Positions 60,384 to 64,000 of a stretch of 64,000 nt of DNA are shown in pieces. The position numbers and the translations under genes were made by a program. Numbering within the stretch: the first letter of the stretch is position 1; each line of letters opens with the position of its first letter. The notes under the pieces were generated by a model. That model was not told the DNA's origin and did not search any database. It saw only the letters and a program-made list of their open reading frames with translations. This DNA comes from Acidimicrobiia bacterium. Lineage in GTDB: Bacteria > Actinomycetota > Acidimicrobiia > Spongiisociales > ZC4RG35. The DNA is taken from assembly GCA_050329955.1 (NCBI GenBank), contig JBHJOH010000013.1, positions 988-64,987 on the forward strand, written 5' to 3'.

Positions 60384-61726
60384 GCATCCACCTCGCCGAC
60401 TCCCGGGTGTACGGACACCTGTGGGCCACCGATGAGGCGCGTGCCATCCTCGGCGAGGAGGCGCGGTTCGGTGCCTGGCTCGATGTGCTCGCCATGCTCG
60501 CCGAGGCCCAGGCGGAGGTCGGCCTGGTCCCGTCCGAAGCCGCCGCCGGCATTCGTGCCCACGCCGACCTCTCCTTGATCGACCTCGATCGCGTCGCCGC
60601 CGAGACCCGTGCCAGCGGACACTCCACTCTCGGGTTGATTCGGGTGCTTCGATCTGTCCTCCCGGAAGACGCTCGCGAGTGGGTCTATTACGGCGCCACC
60701 GTCCAGGACCTCACCGACACCTGGACGTCACTGGTCATGCGCCGGGTTGGCGATCTGCTCGAACGGGACCTGGCCCGAATCGAGGCAGCCTGTCTGCTGC
60801 TGGGACAGGTCCACCGGGATACCCCGATGTTGGGGCGGACCCACGCCCAGCCCGGGCTGCCGATCACCTTCGGGTTCAAGGTGTCGGTGTGGGCAGCCGA
60901 GGTCCGCCGTCACCGCCGACGGCTGGCGGAGGGCCGGGTCCGGTGGGAGCTGGTCCAACTGGGCGGGGCCCTGGGCACGATGGAGTTCTGGGGATCCCAG
61001 GCGATACCGATGCTGGAGGCGTTCGGTCGGCGCAGCGGGCTCGGCGTCCCCACCATCGCCTGGATCACCTCCCGGGACGGAGTGGCCGAGTTCACTCACC
61101 TGTTGGCGATGGCGGCCAGCACGATCGCCAAGATCGGCAACGAGATCATGGAGTTGCAGCGGCTCGAGATGGGCGAGCTCCGGGAGGGGTTCATCGCCGG
61201 GACCGTGGGCAGCATCACCATGCCCCACAAACGGAACCCCGAGATCTCCGAGCACCTCGACACGCTGGCGCGTCTGGTCCGTTCCAACGCCGCCGTTGTG
61301 ACAGAAGGCATGGTTCAGCTCCACGAGCGCGACGGGCGGGCATGGAAGGCCGAATGGATCGCGGTGCCTGAGGCGTGCGCCATGACCCTCGCCGCCACCG
61401 GCTTCGCCGTGACGCTGCTCGAGGGTCTGGAAGTGATGTTCGAACGGATGGCCCACAACATCGATGCCCAGAACGGGTACATCTTCTCGGAGCCTGTCAT
61501 GCGGGCCCTCGCCGACATCATCGGCAAACACACCGCGCACGACGTCGTCTACGCCGCGGCCATGAACGGATTCGAAGCGGGCGTGTCACTGGTCGACGCC
61601 CTCCAGGCCGATCCCCGGGTGTCCGGCCATCTCGGCAGAGATCAGATCGAGGCCCTTCTCGATGTCGGGAAGGCGACCGGGTCGGCGCCCGCCTTCGTTG
61701 ACCGGGTTGCCGAGGCCCTCAGATGA
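60380..61726 (+). CDS. Aspartase/fumarase-superfamily lyase (adenylosuccinate-lyase / 3-carboxymuconate-cycloisomerase-like); XcbC/XcbD-type candidate
   Basis: GATVQDLTDTW, GRTHAQPGLPITFG, and the signature loop GSITMPHKRNPEISEHL. Confidence 0.88.
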   Translation: MSIHLADSRVYGHLWATDEARAILGEEARFGAWLDVLAMLAEAQAEVGLVPSEAAAGIRAHADLSLIDLDRVAAETRASGHSTLGLIRVLRSVLPEDAREWVYYGATVQDLTDTWTSLVMRRVGDLLERDLARIEAACLLLGQVHRDTPMLGRTHAQPGLPITFGFKVSVWAAEVRRHRRRLAEGRVRWELVQLGGALGTMEFWGSQAIPMLEAFGRRSGLGVPTIAWITSRDGVAEFTHLLAMAASTIAKIGNEIMELQRLEMGELREGFIAGTVGSITMPHKRNPEISEHLDTLARLVRSNAAVVTEGMVQLHERDGRAWKAEWIAVPEACAMTLAATGFAVTLLEGLEVMFERMAHNIDAQNGYIFSEPVMRALADIIGKHTAHDVVYAAAMNGFEAGVSLVDALQADPRVSGHLGRDQIEALLDVGKATGSAPAFVDRVAEALR

Positions 61727-62679
61727 GAGCAGGCACCGCGCCCCGGATCTCTCTGGCGCTGCTCCCCACTCCTTTGGTGCCCGCTCCTCGTCTCTCGGCC
61801 GAGATCGGCGTGGAGGTGTGGTTCAAGCGCGACGACCTGACCGGTCTCGGGCTCGGGGGCAACAAGGTCCGTGCGCTGGAGTTTCTCATCGGTGCCGCCG
61901 AAGCCGCCGGTTCGGATTGCCTCATCACCGGCGGCGGCCCGCAATCGAACTGGGTGATGCTCGCCGCGCTGGCCGCCATCACCCGGGGACTCGACGCTCA
62001 TGTCGTCTACTTCGGACCGGAGGTGGAATCCACCGGGAACCTTCAACTCCTGCGCAGCCTTCCAGGCATCGAGATCACCTTCACGGGCGACCCGGTGCGC
62101 GCCTCGGTCGATCCCGTCCTCGACGCCGTGGCCGGTCGCCTGTCCTCGGCCGGCCACCACCCATTCCTCATCGGGAGAGGCGGCGCCGGGCCCATCGGCG
62201 GGCTGGGGTATCTCCACGCCACACTCGAGATCGACCGGCAGGCCGAACAAACCGGATTCGCAACGGTCTGGACCGCCACTGGGTCGTGTGGGACCCAGGC
62301 CGGGCTGGTGGCAGGACACGCCGTCTCAACTCATCGCCGCCGCGTGGTGGGGGTGTCGGTGCACCGACCGGTCGAGGAATGTGTGGAGCGCATCGGGGCG
62401 ATCGCCCGGGGAACGCTCGAGTTGTACGGCGCCTCCGCTGCCCCTCATCCGGATTGGGAGGTGCTCGGAGGCCAACTGGGACGCGACCCGGCCGCCGAGC
62501 GTCGGGTGGAAGAGGCGGCACGGCTGGTGGCGAGGACCGAAGGAGTGTTCCTCGACCCCGAGTTTGCCGCCCCGGCGATGGCCGAGCTCGTCGCCCGGGC
62601 GGCGGAAGTCGAGGGCCCGGTGCTGTTCCTGGTCTCCGGGGGCGGTCCCACCCTGCTGACCGAGGGGGCGTTCGCATGA
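61723..62679 (+). CDS. PLP-dependent ACC-deaminase / D-cysteine-desulfhydrase-family enzyme; XcbE-type candidate
   Basis: LPTPLVPAPRLSAEIGVEVWFKRDDLTGLGLGGNKVRALEFL (PLP Lys in GGNK), GGGPQSNW, TGSCGTQAGL. ATGA overlaps on both sides. Confidence 0.88.
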   Translation: MRAGTAPRISLALLPTPLVPAPRLSAEIGVEVWFKRDDLTGLGLGGNKVRALEFLIGAAEAAGSDCLITGGGPQSNWVMLAALAAITRGLDAHVVYFGPEVESTGNLQLLRSLPGIEITFTGDPVRASVDPVLDAVAGRLSSAGHHPFLIGRGGAGPIGGLGYLHATLEIDRQAEQTGFATVWTATGSCGTQAGLVAGHAVSTHRRRVVGVSVHRPVEECVERIGAIARGTLELYGASAAPHPDWEVLGGQLGRDPAAERRVEEAARLVARTEGVFLDPEFAAPAMAELVARAAEVEGPVLFLVSGGGPTLLTEGAFA

Positions 62680-64000
62680 CCACCCCGCCCCCCGGGTACC
62701 TGGGCGCTGCGGGACGCGTCGCATCGGGCCCGGCTGCTTCATTGGTCGACACCGGCTATCGCCTCGAGATCGAGGATGCCGGACTGCTCCATCGGGGGTT
62801 GGGACTGGCCGACCTGGCCCACCTCCACGAGTTGGAGGGAATTGGTGTGGTCCCGCCCGCCGCCGCCGCCGCCCTCGGGTCGGAATTGCTCGTCATTCAC
62901 GAGACGCCCGCCGACCGGTTCCCCTACGACGCCGTCTACGGCGATGCCTACAACAGTCGGGAACGTGAGCTGGAACGGCGACTCGGAGCGTTGGCAGGGT
63001 GGTTACACACCGGGCGAACCCGACGCGAAGCCGGCCGAATCGCTTTTCGGATCGCCACGAGATCCTCGCTGCTCGATCTTCACGATGCGGTGGCTCGCTT
63101 CGGCTCCTCATTGACCACCTTGGCCCGGGCGCAGGCCACGGCGCCGTGGAACGACACCACGTATCTCCAACCCGCCCAGCCGTCCACCTTCGGCCATTAC
63201 CTGTCGGGCTTCGCCGAGCAGGTGACCCGCGATCTGGAACGAATCACCGTCGCCCACCGGCTTGTGAATCGGTCCCCAGCCGGTGTCGGCGGAGTCGCCG
63301 GTTCGTCCATTCCCCTCGACCGCCATCGGCTTTCCACCGCCCTCGGGTTCGATGAGCCCGCCGCGCACACCCGCGATGCCATGTGGTCGGTCGACTGGCT
63401 CACCGACGTGATGGTGGCCGCCACTCAGGCCGTCATCACCGCCGATCGGCTGGCAGAGGACCTGGAGATATTCGCCAGTCCCCAGTTCGGCTACGTGGTG
63501 CTCTCGGGCTCGGCCACCCGGGCTTCGGTGCTGCTTCCTCAGAAGCGGAACCCTTATGCCCTGGCGGTCATCCGAGGTGGTGCCGGGACCTTGATCGGTC
63601 GAACCACCGGGGTCATGGTCACGCAGCGGACCCCATCGGCTCGCACCGACAACTGGCTTCACGCCTATGGCGAGGTGCTTCGCTCCGTCGACCTGGCCCG
63701 ACGCCTCCTGATCCTGGCGACTGATGTGGTCGAAGGTCTCGAAGTCGATGTGAGAGCGCTGACAGCGTCGGCCGGCGCCAACTTCTCGATCTCGGCCGAC
63801 CTCACCGAACGGCTGGTGCTCGACCGGGGTCTCGACTACCGCACGGCCTACCGCGTGGTCGGTCGGGCCGTGGCCGATGCGGTTGGGTCCGGCGGCTCCC
63901 ACCTCGAACCTGGGTCGCTCGACCGTGCCGCCGCCGCTCTCGGTCTCGGCGGAATCGACGACCTCGACGGCGTGCTGGCGGCGGTCAACGATCCCGCTGC
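62676..64000 (+). CDS. Aspartase/fumarase-superfamily lyase (argininosuccinate-lyase-like), partial (3' end beyond the window); XcbC/XcbD-type candidate
   Basis: Not in the ORF track (no in-window stop). My translation from ATG 62676: MTTPPPGYLGAAGRV...TYLQPAQPSTFGHYL...GVGGVAGSSIPLDR...SATRASVLLPQKRNPYALAVIRG..., an ASL-type layout and signature loop. Confidence 0.85.
   Translation, partial: MTTPPPGYLGAAGRVASGPAASLVDTGYRLEIEDAGLLHRGLGLADLAHLHELEGIGVVPPAAAAALGSELLVIHETPADRFPYDAVYGDAYNSRERELERRLGALAGWLHTGRTRREAGRIAFRIATRSSLLDLHDAVARFGSSLTTLARAQATAPWNDTTYLQPAQPSTFGHYLSGFAEQVTRDLERITVAHRLVNRSPAGVGGVAGSSIPLDRHRLSTALGFDEPAAHTRDAMWSVDWLTDVMVAATQAVITADRLAEDLEIFASPQFGYVVLSGSATRASVLLPQKRNPYALAVIRGGAGTLIGRTTGVMVTQRTPSARTDNWLHAYGEVLRSVDLARRLLILATDVVEGLEVDVRALTASAGANFSISADLTERLVLDRGLDYRTAYRVVGRAVADAVGSGGSHLEPGSLDRAAAALGLGGIDDLDGVLAAVNDPA

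Overview
High-GC window (about two-thirds G+C by eye, not computed) that looks like actinobacterial chromosome: LPXTG sorting signal, F420/LLM-type oxidoreductases, SigB/F-type partner-switching genes, a heliorhodopsin. That taxonomic call is inference only. I support about 60 genes. The ORF track omits the two genes that run off the window edges: a molybdopterin XDH/CoxL-type large subunit at 1..1999(-) and an argininosuccinate-lyase-like gene at 62676..>64000(+). It also contains many antisense or over-extended 'shadow' ORFs typical of high-GC DNA.

Left to right:
- XDH-family subunit.
- A 7x17-aa tandem-repeat protein.
- arsR-SRPBCC-VOC operon.
- A NarL-type two-component system.
- Quinone reductase, then ADP-ribosylglycohydrolase plus a SnoaL-like protein.
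- SDR/DUF2867 protein and a GNAT.
- An acoX-like/E1alpha/E1beta/E2 2-oxoacid (acetoin-type) dehydrogenase operon, then Dps.
- A dense sigma-factor partner-switching cluster: STAS, several RsbW-like proteins, a sigma factor with a fused RsbW-like N-domain, and a PAS-GAF-GAF-PP2C phosphatase.
- A double GNAT and a cupin.
- A heliorhodopsin divergently paired with a ~2,520-aa LPXTG surface protein (DUF11-like plus 9 SdrD-B-like repeats).
- An LLM/amidohydrolase/alpha-beta-hydrolase operon.
- A more A/T-rich patch with gene remnants, an MFS transporter and two GntR/FCD regulators.

Most notable is a ~20 kb coenzyme M (CoM) island at 43.8-64 kb. It holds phosphosulfolactate synthase (ComA), a 2-ketopropyl-CoM carboxylase/oxidoreductase homolog with its diagnostic CPHNAC and FLNPTH motifs, and two MetE-like HxC...C zinc alkyltransferases (epoxyalkane:CoM-transferase-like). 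It also holds two SDRs (one with R-HPCDH-like sulfonate-binding arginine spacing), a CoA-transferase / ADP-forming acyl-CoA synthetase / acylating aldehyde dehydrogenase module, a CoADR-like reductase, and MEDS plus GAF-PucR regulators. Finally there is an operon of two aspartase/fumarase-superfamily lyases plus a PLP enzyme, matching the bacterial xcb-type CoM biosynthesis set, preceded by one unknown coupled ORF. No alkene monooxygenase, transposase, integrase, tRNA, rRNA or CRISPR array was recognised in the window.
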